NCBI RefSeq assembly: GCF_037042905.1
Contig: NC_087245.1
Location: 34,350,001 to 34,414,000 of the forward strand
Reading direction: 5' to 3'
Length of the DNA: 64,000 nt
From: Lytechinus pictus
Taxonomy: Eukaryota
The first letter of the stretch is position 1; every line of letters begins with the position of its first letter. This document shows positions 26,168 through 39,406 of this stretch, in pieces. The notes below the pieces were generated by a model that saw only the letters and a list, made by a program, of their open reading frames with translations, searched no databases and was not told the origin of the DNA. A program made the position numbers and the translations under genes.

Positions 26168-27779
26168 TTAACTTAGACCATGGTCTAACACTGTGCTAAA
26201 ATTATGGGAAGCCAAAAGTGTCAAAATTTTTATTAAAGTTGTATACTGTTTCTTATGTTTACTGTGCTCTTTCCTGATTCATCGATGGTGCAGACAATAA
26301 TCTATTTATACTTCCTACACAATTTTGAATGATTTGAGAGCCAAATGAGGTAAAATATTATCTCTCTACTGTTAGTGGTTTATGTAGCAATTGGCTATCC
26401 ATACTTCAACCACAACTTTAAACCTGAGTTTAAGTTAAACCCGACTTCAGAATACGGGCCATAGCCTTTAGCATCTAGTCTTTACTCTAGACTTGTTATT
26501 GGTTAAAGTGTCAAATATGAGTCTGAGCTAGCAGACTAGTTGAGCACTACAGTCAATACTGCATCTAAAGCCCGGCCCACACTATGCGATTCGTTGCGAC
26601 TCGATTCTTTAATATATATCGCATTTTGCATTAAATGAGAATGTTCCAAGAAGTAAGAATATTTCATTTGAAGTTCGGCATTACAGTGAACATTAGAAAT
26701 ACTGTATGGACCAATGAGTTTCACAAACTCTGGAGTTACCAAATACCGGGTAATAATCCATTCTTCATGAAAGTTCTGGACCTAGAACCACCATGGAAGG
26801 CATTTTATCAACATATTTCATCTAGACAGGTCCACATTTTAGAATATGTAGGCTCACAAAAAGTGCCTTAGGCATTCAATCGATCAGAGGAAATTCAAGG
26901 GTGATGAATTTGAAAAACTTGTTTACCAAACTTGATTTTGATTTCAGCTTTTCCTTAAAGGGCAAGTCCACCCCAGAAAAGGGTAGATTTGAATCAAAAG
27001 AGATATTTTGATGTCTTCATCCTCAAACAACAAAATGCTATTCAGCTTTTCCTTAAAGGGCAAGTCCACCCCAGAAAAGGGTAGATTTGAATCAAAAGAG
27101 ATAAATCAAACAAGAATAATGCTGAAAATTTCACCAATGTCGGATGTAAAATAAGAAAGTTATGACATTTTAAAGTTTTGCTTATTTTTCACAAAACAGT
27201 TATATGCACAACTAAGTGATATACAAATGAGTTGTTGATGTCACTCACTATTTCTTTTGTTTTTTATTGTTTGAATTATACAATATTTCAATTTTCACAG
27301 ATTTTTTTTTACGATAAGGTCCCTATTGGTTGTACCACAAAATGTTCAAACAATTGTAATTCCACATGTTCAGGGAGAAATAAAACCTTGTTTCTCATTA
27401 TAATAAGGAGAAAATTGCAATATTCAATATTTCATATAATAAAATACAAAAGAAATAGAGTGAGTGATGTCAGTCCTATCATTTGCATACCGACCAGGAT
27501 GTGCATATAACTGTTGTGAAATTAAGCGAAACTTTAAAATGACATAACTTTCTTATTTTACATCAGATTTTCAGTGTTATGCTCATTTGATTTTTCTCTT
27601 TTTTTTCAAATCGACTTTTTGTCGGGGTAGACTTGTCCTTTAATATGGACCTGTCTATCAAATCTGGAAAGTTGTCATATATGACATATCTGTTTGGTTT
27701 TCATACGCTCAGGAGCACAGACACCTGACTGTTACTATGGTAACTATCAAATGACAATGACAACCTCTGAGTGCTGATA

Positions 27780-28249
27780 GATTTCAGGTTGTATTGGTCC
27801 CTTGCAGATGACCAAGACTGGAATTGTTTCCTAAAACTCTCCATCTCCATACAACTTACAAGACCAGGTGGGTGTTTCATAAAACTGTTCGTGAGATAAG
27901 AACGACTTTAAGAACGACTGGTGATCCTTTCTTTTGGTAAATGGTATACATATAGGCGATGGTTTAGCGCGTAAGAAAGGATCACCAGTCGTTCTTAAAG
28001 TCGCTCTTAACTTACGAACAGCTTTCTGAAACGGCCCCCTGGTGGGTGTTTCATAAAACTGTTCGTAAGATAAGAACGATTTTAAGAACGACTGGTGATC
28101 CTTTCTTTTGGTAAATGGTATACATATAGGCGATGGTTTAGCGCGTAAGAAAGGATCACCAGTCGTTCTTAAAGTCGCTCTTAACTTACGAACAGCTTTA
28201 TGAAACGGCCTCCTGATACTTGAGATATGCTACAAATATAGACTGACAT
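27780..28249 (-). pseudogene. Decayed third copy of LACTB2 first coding exon (exon 1c), split by a tandem MITE pair
   Basis: MSVYICSISQVS (28249-28214), then two MITEs, then VWRWRVLGNNSSLGHLQGTNTT* (~27855-27785); homologous to exon 1b; stop codon and no matching donor. Confidence 0.8.
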
Positions 28250-29858
28250 TATTGATTGTTTGTTTTTTATTTCTACGTTCAAATAATAAAATATGAAATG
28301 TGACATAATTATGTCATGTGCAATATACAAAATAATCCATAACATAAACAATATAATCATAATACTGTACATTTATGAATACAAAATAAAGATGTGAGCA
28401 TGGACTTGACTTTTTGATAATAATCATAATGGAAGCTGATTACAGCTCAATACAGCCCTACAGTATATTGGTATGCTACACATGGAATAATATGATGGTA
28501 CCATCATCTTGCCAACTTCCTGTTTTAATATCAATAACATATAATCATTTGCAATTTTCACAGATAGGGCTGAATGATCTTAATTGTAGCAATACAGGAA
28601 TTGAAACTGAAAGGGATATTCTATTAAGCTAAAAATAATATGACTTCAAAAAACGAAATGAGAGCAAGTTGAACAACAAGTGGAATGCCTCTGGCTGTCT
28701 CACCTGCATCACGCGATTCAATATAGCAGCAGTGCTGACTTCGAAAACTACTATGAAATAATTATTCACAAAAAACACCATTCATATAATGATACAATAC
28801 TACGTTCATTGACATTTGACCTTGATCATGTGACCTAAAACTTGTCAGTGATACTTGATTACCCCTATATCCACATTTTATACACTATATCTATAAACTT
28901 TGAAAGTTATGACAGCAATCTAATACATGTAATTACCTCAAAATGGCCAAAGTTCAATGACCTTAAATGACCTTTGACTTTGGTCATGTGACCTGAAACT
29001 CGCACAAGATGTTCAGTGATACTTGGTTACTCTTATGTCCACGTCTTATGAACTAGACCAATACACTTACAGAGATATGATGGTAATTCAACAAATACCT
29101 CCAATATGGCCAAAGTTCATTGACCTTAAATGACCTTTGACATTGGTCATGTGACCTGAAACTCAGGCAGAATGTTCAGTAATACTTGATTAACCTTATG
29201 GACAAGTTTCATGAACTAGGTCCATATACTTTCTAAGTTATGCTGTCATTTCAAAAACTTAACCTTAGGTTAAGATTTGGTGTTGACGCCTCCGCCTTCG
29301 CCGCTGCCGTCGGAAAAAGCGGCGCCTATAGTCTCACTCTGCTATGCAGGTGAGACAAAAACATAAACATTTTTGTAAAAGACCAACAGGCCAACAGACT
29401 AACAGGAAAATTTGTCACTAGGTCTCTCCCATACTTTGTTCAGGCATGACAAAAATATTATATAGTGTAAATAAATAAACACATCAATTAAAATATTTTT
29501 TTTATCAAACTTGTATAATGAAACGCCCCATAGTTGTTGAATTCAAAAGTAAGACATGTAGCCCATACTATTCCTTGTATGAAATCTTGATTATTCACTA
29601 TTTATATGTCTACAGAGGAAAATATCTTTCTTGTAACAAAAGAAGTGAAAGCGATGAAAGTTATGATGATTTACATTCATTCTTATTTCTTAAGAACATT
29701 TTAAAGATCTAAACATATTATCTGTTTGCAGAACCTCTGATCCAAATATCACCCACCATGCATTCTTCTGATAGAAACTAAATATTGTACATCCATCAGT
29801 AGATGTACTCTATCTACATCCTACACAATGACCGATTCATAATTTTATGACACAATAC

Positions 29859-29980
29859 CTGTTCCCAGAGCCAACCAGGTAACAATTAGTCCCTTGCAGA
29901 TGACCGAGACTAGCATTGTCTCCCAAAACTCTCCATACAAGTTCAGATACTCGAGACACGTTAGGAATGTATGCAGACAT
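29859..29980 (-). CDS. LACTB2: Candidate alternative LACTB2 first coding exon (exon 1b): MSAYIPNVSRVSELVWRVLGDNASLGHLQGTNCYLVGSGN(R)
   Basis: 122 nt from ATG to AG|GTATTG donor; same length and phase as exon 1a; no stops; 20 of 40 residues identical to exon 1a. Confidence 0.75.
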
Positions 29981-32900
29981 GATTGAAGCTGTTACTAGGC
30001 TGTGTGATGCAGGGCAATCCTATACTGGTTTGCTGGAAATGGAATAATGTGATGGTACCCTTATCTTGTCTAGTCATTTGGATCTTCACCGTAGCTATTT
30101 CATTTGATCCAATAAAGCCAACCCTTTCAGTTTGTGTACATACCATCAGGAAAGTGTTTCACAAAACAAAATGCCAGTGATTCTTACTATTAAAGGGATG
30201 GTCCGGGCTGAAAATATTATATCTAAATAAATAGAGTAAAATTCACAGAGCAAAATGCTGAAAATTTCATCAAATTCAGATTACAAATATGGTAACGAAG
30301 TCATTGAATTTTAATGTTTATCAATATTGTTTTTAAACAGTTGATATGCACATCGTCATGAATATTCATAAGGTGGGCTGATGATGTCATATCCCCACCT
30401 TCCTTTTTCTTATGTTATTACATGAAATCATAATAGTTTAATATTTTCACATGTGTAAATATGTCTCCATTATAATGAAATAAGTTGCGACAATAAATAA
30501 CTAATGCTCTTAATCAGTTGTCAATCCAATTGTTTTAGTTCTTGGTAGAAAATTTTTGAATAAACTTAATTTCACATAATAAAATACAAAAGAACAAGTG
30601 GGGATATGACATCATCAACCCACCTAATGAATATTCATGAAGACATGCCTAGAACGGTTTCACCAGAATAAGGCAAATCTTTAAAATTCAATAACTTTCA
30701 ACAAATTTTCAGCATTTTGCTCTGTGAATTTAACTCTATTTATTGAGATATAAATATCTCCAGCCTGGACCAACCCTTTAAACTAGTTCTTGTAAATTAC
30801 TGAAATCCTTGAATCTGATTGGCTCAGAGTAAATTTGTCAGTGGAAATCACAGATGCTTCATGAAAAACTCTCCAGATGTTTGGATGAGAATTACATTGC
30901 AAGGACATGTGATCACTGACAAAGGAGAAGTTTCCCTTTATTTAGGTTCTTCTCAACTGGTGTATTTTCATCGAACGATGTAAATCATTATGCTGACTGG
31001 GGGCATAACGCCTGAGATTTCCCTGATTTACAACTATTGAGTTATAGTTAAAATTCAATTCTTAAAATGATGATGATCAATGATGATAATGAAAAAAGTG
31101 GTAATGATAAATCAAGGGATTATACATAAATAAAACAATCATGACAATGATTTTGTTAATAACTACGTTAAACGATGATGACAACAACACTAGTTTGTAT
31201 TACTATTGATTAATTCACACACAATAGCGACATCATTTTGTTGATGGTTGCCGAAAGTTAAAGAAACGCATTCGCTCTTATGGATTTTGATTGCATCCAC
31301 TTGCAGATGTTTGAATAGCAAGCGAGAAAGGAATCAGTCTTCAAAATGAACTTGTATTAGCTTTCATTGCGTTGTGTTGTATTTAAATACGTTCGGACAT
31401 TTTGCAACTGAACGCAAGCTAAGAAACACAAATGTGTGGGCCAGGTTTTAAAGAGAAATTAAGTCCAAATATATATAACTTTAAAGGTGAATAGAGTAAA
31501 ATTAAATGTGATAGATTGTTTGGAGAAAAAAGTAGGAATATATGACTGAAAGCGGAAGTGTTTAATTACTTTTTAATGTCTACGTGTAGACCTGTATGCT
31601 AATATTCCAATTACAATCACTGCCTTCTTGCGGAACTCTCACCATAAAGTACAGATGCAGCATTTGATTAGGAGAACAAAAAAAAAAGGAATCGTGCCTT
31701 GATTAAAGAAAGCTAGACAAACATGCAAAATCAACTTCATTACGATGTGAATTGCATTATGCAGAAACTTGGCTTGTGCGAAGCTATATTTACTTGTCAT
31801 TCTGAAACTTCATTTTTTCTACATCAGTCAGATCTTAATCTAATCACTTTTTGAGTTTCAGAAAAGTTAAGTTTGTAAGTGTGCAATTGAGTTTGAAATC
31901 CCTTTGAAAACTTTCATCTCCAAAATGGTATGAAATGATCACCATGAAATAATAATAACAAGTGGAATGCCTCTGGCCGTCTCACTTGCATCACGCGATT
32001 CAATATAGCAGCAGTGCTGATTTTGAAAACTACTATAACTCGCACAAGATGTTCAGTGATACTTGGTTACTCTTATTTCCACGTTTTATGAACTAGACCA
32101 ATACACTTATAGAGATATGATGGCAATTCAACAAATACCCCCAACGTGGCCAAAGTTCTTTGACCTTACATGACCTTTGACCTTGATCATGTGACCTGAA
32201 ACTCGCACAGGATGTTCAGTGATACTTGATTACTATTATGTCCAAGTTTTATGAACTAGACCAACACACTTTCAAATTTATGGCTGTAATTCAACAAATA
32301 CCCCAATTTGGCCAAAGTTCATTGACCCTAAATGACCTTTGACCTTGATCATGTGACCTGAAACTTGCACAGGATGTTCAGTAATACTTGATTACTATTA
32401 AGTCCAAGTTTCATGAATCAGATCCATAAACTTTCAAAGTTATGATGGTAATTCAACAGATACCCCCAATTCGGCCAAAGTTCATTGACCCTAAATGACC
32501 TTTGACCTTGGTCATGTGACGTGAAACTCATGCAGGATGTTCAGTGATACTTGATTAACCTTATGTATAAGTTTCATGAGCTAGGTCCATATATTTTCTA
32601 AGTTATGATGACATTTCAAAAAACTTAACCTTAGGTTAAGATTTTGATGTTGATTCCCCCAACATGGTCTAAGTTCATTGACCCTAAATGACCTTTGACC
32701 TTGGTCATGTGACATGAAACTCAGGCAGGATGTTCAGTAATACTTGATTAACCTTATGGCCAAGTTTCATGAACTAGGTCCATATACTTTGTAAGTTATG
32801 CTGTCATTTCAAAAACTTAACCTCAGGTTAAGATTTGGTGTTGACGCCGCCGCCGCCGTCGCCGTCGGAAAAGCGGCGCCTATAGTCTCACTCTGCTATG

Positions 32901-33419
32901 CAGGTGAGACAAAAATTGGGCTCAGGCTTAGCTCAGCAGGCTCTGAAATTGGATCCTATTTAATTGGAGGATTTTTTTTTTGATAGACAATATATGGAAT
33001 GAATCTACAAAGCCTAAAACAAAAACAAACTCTCTGATTTGTCCTTATTGTCCATCTTATTGGCTGAAAGTTAGATTTTTGTGGGTTGGCTTTCAGTCAC
33101 TCCATAACCTTTGAAGGGAAATCATTCTTCTGAACTCCTTAATGCTAGGCTTACTTTTTATAGCCTAATTATTTCCACTAAGTTCTTCAGTTGGGCTCAT
33201 TTAATTGAGCAACTATGTTAAAACTTGGATCTATTACCAGATTAACAACTAATCACTTTAACAGAATGTCAACCTCTCGTTGCATTGTAACCTCTTTACT
33301 TTTCAATGATAACAATTAACAGTACAAACTACAATGAATTTAGAATACCATGTACCAGCTTCAATTTTCAACAAGGCCTATAACTTTCAAGTCTAATTCA
33401 ATTTATAATAAAAATAATA

Positions 33420-33700
33420 TTAACTGGATTTATATAGCGCTCTTTCCAGAGGATACAAAGTGCCGTTAATGGTATAAGACGAGTTTTATATTGTTTATAG
33501 TTTATACAGGTGTGTTTTAAGATGTTTTTGAAGAGGTCAAGAAAAAAGATGTTGGGAGTCTGTTCCAAAGTCGGGGGGGCAAGAGATTGAAAAGAATTGA
33601 AGCCGGCATGTTGACTGGATTTACGAATGATAAAGGAAGGAGCTGATGTAGAACGAAGAGAGTATATTGATCTTTGTTGCTGAAATAGTGAAGAAACAGT
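33420..33700 (-). mobile_element. Decayed L2-type LINE 3' fragment
   Basis: Frameshifted remnants YSLRS...SFQSLAP/RLWNRLP...HLKTHL and a GCGCTATATAAAT tail. Confidence 0.6.
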
Positions 33701-35309
33701 CATGTCTAGACAGTCTACATCATTGTCTTCAATATTCATTGTAGACTGAAATTGTTGTGAAGTGGTCAACATATTCGGGTTCCAGTTTTTATTTTTCTTC
33801 TCAGATCTATATCTAGGCCTTCATCATCTAGATCTAGCATACATGTATGTCATTCAGGAATCACATTTCCTTGGTCACAGATTTCCACATCAGGACAACA
33901 GTAGCATCTACATGTATGGTCCTAACTTTTGCTGAACATTACTGCTACATCTCACTGAATTGCAGTCTCAGTCAAATTCTTCATTTGGGACTAGATCTAC
34001 ATTTTGTACTAACTTTATAAGTATACTTTTTAAGTCATAATGACATTTAAAATACTTAGCCTTAAGATCTCGCTGCCTCTGCCACCTGCTATGCAGGAGA
34101 GACGAAACACTCATTATAAAGCTATTTCAATTTGTACCCAGATGTATGACTGTATAATTCATATCTAGACATAGGCCTATCCCACCCTCATCCCCAGTGT
34201 TATTTTATGGCTTGTATAGCACTGCCCAGAGAAGAAATCTTCATTCATTGTGTCTAAACCAGAAGTATTAATTCCACAACAATCTTTCTCTATTACACGT
34301 TACTAATAGTCTACATGCATATATACAATAAAGATAAGTCAGACTCAGAGATTTACAATCTTTATTATTAATTGCTAGAGGGTTAGCACATCTCATGATG
34401 GCCATGTTCTTTCTTCCTCAAAATGTACCACCACTGTTGGTATAGTGACGTATTGTATTACCGGACACTATCATGATTCCGGACGCTCATATTACTGCGC
34501 ACGAAAACAATTTCGTACCGTAAGACTTCCACAATTCAATTTCACAGAGCAATACATAGAACAGGATTGCAAAAACAAGGCGAAAAAATCCAACCTTTAC
34601 CTTATTTATCTCTAAAATGACAGAAAATGCTTAAAATATCAAATAACATAGTTTTGCATTAACAATTGATATATTTTCCAACAGAAATATGGGTCTGATC
34701 TGCCGAATTTCAATCTCGTCCGCTCCTTCGATCGAATGATGAGGTGTGGTGTATTGTGGGTGATCGTCGACGGCTAGTTCTCAAGGTACCCGTGCGCAAG
34801 GTTTTCCGTGAGTATATAGAGCCGTCGACGATCGGCAGCGCATCGATAGAACTTGATGAGCGTCACGATACGAACGAGCATAATAGAAAGTTCCATGAAA
34901 CATGCAGCTAACAAGAAAAAATAAAATAAGTTATCAAACACGAATTTATTACCAACATCTGCTCAGAATCGATATAAAAACAGCAAACAAAAACTTAGAA
35001 TTTACTCATGATATGATATAAGAAGAAAAAATCACACAAATTTGTTCTTACATCATTATAATCAAGAATATCTTTACCCGTCCGGCGCGCGTCCGGAATC
35101 ATGATGTAATTTGTCGCAAGTGCGATGCAAAGAAAATGGTTGGTAAATATAAAATAATTTTACCATATTCATAATTTTCATAATATTTGGAATAGCTAGT
35201 GCGAATTTTTCTTGATTGTATTTCCTCTAGTTGTCGGTTTTAAAGGACTGAAATAAAGGTGTCCGGCAATAGGATACACTGCCATACAAATAAACTCAGG
35301 AAATCCGTC

Positions 35310-35680
35310 TTCCTCCCACTCTTTCTTTAATTCATTTTTCTTTTTTCTTTCCCTTTCTAGTTTCTTTTTCTTCTTTCTTAACTTTTTCATTGTATTCATT
35401 CATTAATTCTTTTATTTCATCCTTCTTTTATCTTTTTCATTCTTTATACTTTTTCCTTCTTTTACTTTCTTTCCTTCTTTCATTCATTCTTTATTCCTTC
35501 CCTTTTCTTGCTTTAATTCACTTTTCTTTCTTCCATTTTAGTTCATTTCTTACTTTTTTATTCTTTGTTTATTTTAGACCTTTCTATTTCTTCTTTCTTT
35601 CCTTCTTTCACTATTTTCTATTATTTTTATTTTTTCCCTTTTTCAGATTTCTTTCTTTCTTTCCATCCTTCCTTCCCACT
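35310..35680. repeat. Pyrimidine-rich (TTTC/TTCC) low-complexity tract; similar tract 40343-40625
   Basis: Degenerate tttc/ttcc/ttca repeats. Confidence 0.85.
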
Positions 35681-36512
35681 AGTACCAATGAGGTCAATAC
35701 ATAACAGTAATGACCTCATAGGTGACAATACAGAATATACCGGTTGATGTTTCCTGCACCCAGGGGCCCGTTTCTCAACACATGGACAAGTTAGTCATAT
35801 CTTTATCCACCAACCACGGAGTTAGTTCCAATCTTACTAAACCTGTTTCTCGAAAGGTTTCCTAACTAGAATACCTTGATATCGATACTATCGGTAGAAA
35901 GAGCAGACGAGACGTAGCCTTAGTCACAAAATAGCATAATATTCAAAAAGAAAAATTATGACAAAATTGCAAATATTGTGATAAATTGGGAAATAAATCT
36001 TTTCAAAATAATAGCACAGGTGAATTATGCATCATACATACTTAGACCATGAAGACTTGAGCATTCAATTGCAGAGAAAATTAAATTATGAATAATTCCT
36101 TTCATGACTAAAAAATCACTTGTGGACGTTGAGATTGGGTACCCCCGGGATATCCAATTTTAATAGTTTACGAAAGTAAACCATAACGGTTTTCTTTGTA
36201 AAATGATGATAATTATGCGGTCTTTTACGATTCCGAACGTCATCAAAATACAGTTCAACGAAACATTTTTAACCATTGATACCGAAACATACGATATTTG
36301 ACAAATTATATGCATAAATTAGAGATAGAATTTATCCAACTGTTAATAGGGGTCTGAAAACACCAAATACGAGTTCAGTTATGGATGGCCTGACGTGGTA
36401 GAATATTTATCGATTAAATCATTTTACTATTTCAAAATGAATGGTTTTGTGGCGTTTTACCAATAGTTTTTATAGTTTCTTTGTATTATAATTATCATTG
36501 ATTGCATTAACA

Positions 36513-39406
36513 TAGTGCTGCAAGTCAGGCGCCATGTTCGGGTTCGGCAAGGTTCGGCAGAAATTTGCCGAACATTGGTTCGGTTCGGGGTTCGGTAATG
36601 ATAGACTGATATAAAGCTATAGTTCATTCAGGTATACGTAGCGTACCGGTAGACAATTTGTACTTGATTGACTGCATGTGCTCGCGTGTACCTCTGTCAC
36701 ATCAAACCATTTTATCTCTATCTTGTTGACATGAAACTATGAAAGTTATAGCGCTCAACGAATTGTTATCTCGAATTTGATTATCTGATGACAGATTTAT
36801 TGGGTAACTCACAGTTCTAAAATGGCGACTCTTCCTAGTCGTCCATACCTGGACCACACTTTGGATACTTGCCAAATTAACTACGCTCGTACTCGTACCA
36901 GCTAGCTAGGCCAGAATGTGCAGTCCCCTTGTAGCGGGACTCTGAGCTCATGAATATTTATATATACAGTCCGGCCAAACGTGATTGGCAATTGCATCAC
37001 ATACGAGGCGGCCAGCGCCAGTGCACTGAACTGTAGGCATAGTAGGGCCAGGGGCGTGTCGAAGAAAGCGTGCTTATGTAATGCGCCTTTCGCTAATTGG
37101 CTCGATGGGTGAACTAAACCACCAATCGCATGTCGCTGATTGTCGCATCGGTACATACAGCCCAGTCAGTCCGCAAGCCCCTGTGTTAATGAGCAAATGA
37201 GCAAGATTTATCCAAGTCCTCTCGTGGCTGAATTCATGTCCCTGCAAAATCTCGTGAATTGTGAGACTTTCTTTTTCAAGGAATTTAACCACTTTTTCCT
37301 TGAGTAATATTGATTATTTTTGTACCATGGGCAAGAGTAAATGTTACCCTTTTATATTGGTCATTTCTTTTGAATGAAATATTTTGATAAATAAGTGAAT
37401 TTTTTACCTGAAAAGATGCATCAAACAGAATTTTCTTCCTCTGTTTTCACTTGCAAATTGTGCAACATTTTGTGTTTTAGGCACCAACATTATTTATATC
37501 GTCAGAAAGCTCAAACTCTATACTTTCTTACAATGTCACTCTTGATATGTGGCATCTTTTAGATGGGTCAGCAGCCAGTTATTTCCATCAAGATGCAAGA
37601 CGAGATTTCTGAAATTTCTGAGTAACATAAAATCCAGAGTTCTGATTGGCTGAATACTGTTTTCAAAACAAACAGGCGCGGGTAATTTGAAGAGATTACC
37701 ACATGGTGAGTGTGACCTTGCAGAGGCCCAGTGTGGGGAACATTGGAATTTGCGTGGGTGTGTGGTCTGTATGACCAATCAGAGCGCAGTATTCTTGTTT
37801 TTGAGCTGCAAAATGTACTTGGCCTATGAAAAGCTGGCTGCTGACCCATCTAAAATACATCTTCTTATAAAAATTATATCATATTAAAGCTTAGATCTTC
37901 AGCTTTATCATGATTTAAAAATCATTTGTGCCCAAACAGAAATTAAGTGTGAAAACAACTACTTTTGTTGCATGAAAAAAAATATTTTGTTTCATGTTTT
38001 AGATCAAAAGTTTTTCCTATATTACAACATTCTTTTAAAAATCCAAACACATGACCTAAAAGAATGATTCTTCTTCTTTACAAAGATACCAAAAACATGA
38101 AATTTGGTCAATATTTAGAGCAGCAATGGCCGAATAAAAAGAGGTGTTTTGGTTCGCACCAAGCTCATTAACTATGCAAAAACCCTCTTGTCATGAATAT
38201 CACTTGGATAAAAGAAGCTACTTTTTCAGGGCTTGCGGACTGACAGAGCCACGTGCTTTGTCTGCTCGCGAAACTCAGCTCACTGATTGAAGAGCAATTC
38301 CCGAGATTTCTATGATTTCATTGGTCAGATTTCATTCGACCATGAACATACAGACCAAGTGGGATGCAAAGTTTTACGACTGTAATGGGACAGGGGGAGT
38401 AGAGTGATCATCGAATTGTTTATGGTTAATTTGAGAAGTTGATAAGAAAGGGAAAAAAAGTAAAGATTGGGGGTCATTTTCCCCCAAGAGATGAATGTTT
38501 CCGCATGGCTTTATCTTCATTCAACTTGTCAACGAGGGGAAGGGGATCTTGCTATATGCTATACCGTAATCATTCATGAGTGTTTGATTTTTATTTTCAT
38601 CTGATTGTTAATAATAAAAAAGATAACTTCTCATTTCTATATTATTTGTTTTGCGTCTCTCCTTAACAGTCACTCACTTTATTTCCCACTTTCACTGGAT
38701 CTCTCGTTTTCAAAACTCTTTACTTCTCCCTAAAATCATGAAAACTAGACAGTAGCGAGCCGACACCTCAATAATAATGTCAATCACCTCAATCAGATCT
38801 TTATTCTCCGCCGCAACAATACACGAGTTACGATCTTAATCACATCGTATCGTAATTCGTAATATTAATGGTACTTCATCTTTCACTTTCAGTTTATTGA
38901 GCTCGTTCATTCAAAATACTTTGAAGATTTTCAAACAAGAATCTTGTTCGCCACCTAAAAACAACAATATTTTAGATAATTAGATTTAACCAATTAACAC
39001 TCATACAGTTTTGGTTTTCTTTACCATGCTTCGGCGATTCGGCCACAGAGCGAGAGATGATGAAAGCCAGTAAAATGATTATAGCGCAAGCTCGCGCAAC
39101 GTCATTCATCGGATCTCCTTTCTTAATCAGGGCCGTAAAAACCACAATGTCAACATGAAAATGAAAACAAAGTCTAGTAACCGCAAAATGAGCGCATACT
39201 TCCAACATACAATTGCAAAGAAGATTAAATAGAGAATGCGCAAATATAATGATTAGAAAGGGTGTAAACTTATAAGTTTATTAGCTGAAAGCCGTTTTTT
39301 TTTTTTTTGCCGAACTTCCGAACCAAGTCTTAGTGTTCGGTTCGGTTCTGTTCGGTTCGGAAGTGCCATGTTCGGCGAACTACCGTTCGGTTCGGCTACA
39401 GCACTA
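36513..39406. mobile_element. hAT-like non-autonomous element nested in the Harbinger-like element
   Basis: Termini TAGTGCTG / CAGCACTA, 8-bp flanks CATTAACA / CATTAACC, GTTCG(G) subterminal repeats at both ends. Confidence 0.7.
37163..38246. mobile_element. TIR element with 4-bp flanking duplication (AGCC), nested in the hAT-like element
   Basis: CAGTCAGTCCGCAAGCCC ... GGGCTTGCGGACTGACAG with AGCC on both sides. Confidence 0.65.

Noticed and set aside
26635..26871. ORF containing IPGNNPFFM, considered as another LACTB2 exon-1 copy
   Set aside because: Wrong strand, no GTN motif and no fitting splice sites.
35196..35747. Phe/Ser/Leu-rich or Lys-rich ORFs (also 40341-40694)
   Set aside because: Translation of low-complexity pyrimidine tracts.
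38800..38818. Minus-strand TGTTGCGGC identical to the putative BEL LTR start
   Set aside because: Similarity does not extend beyond ~10 nt; no support for a solo LTR.
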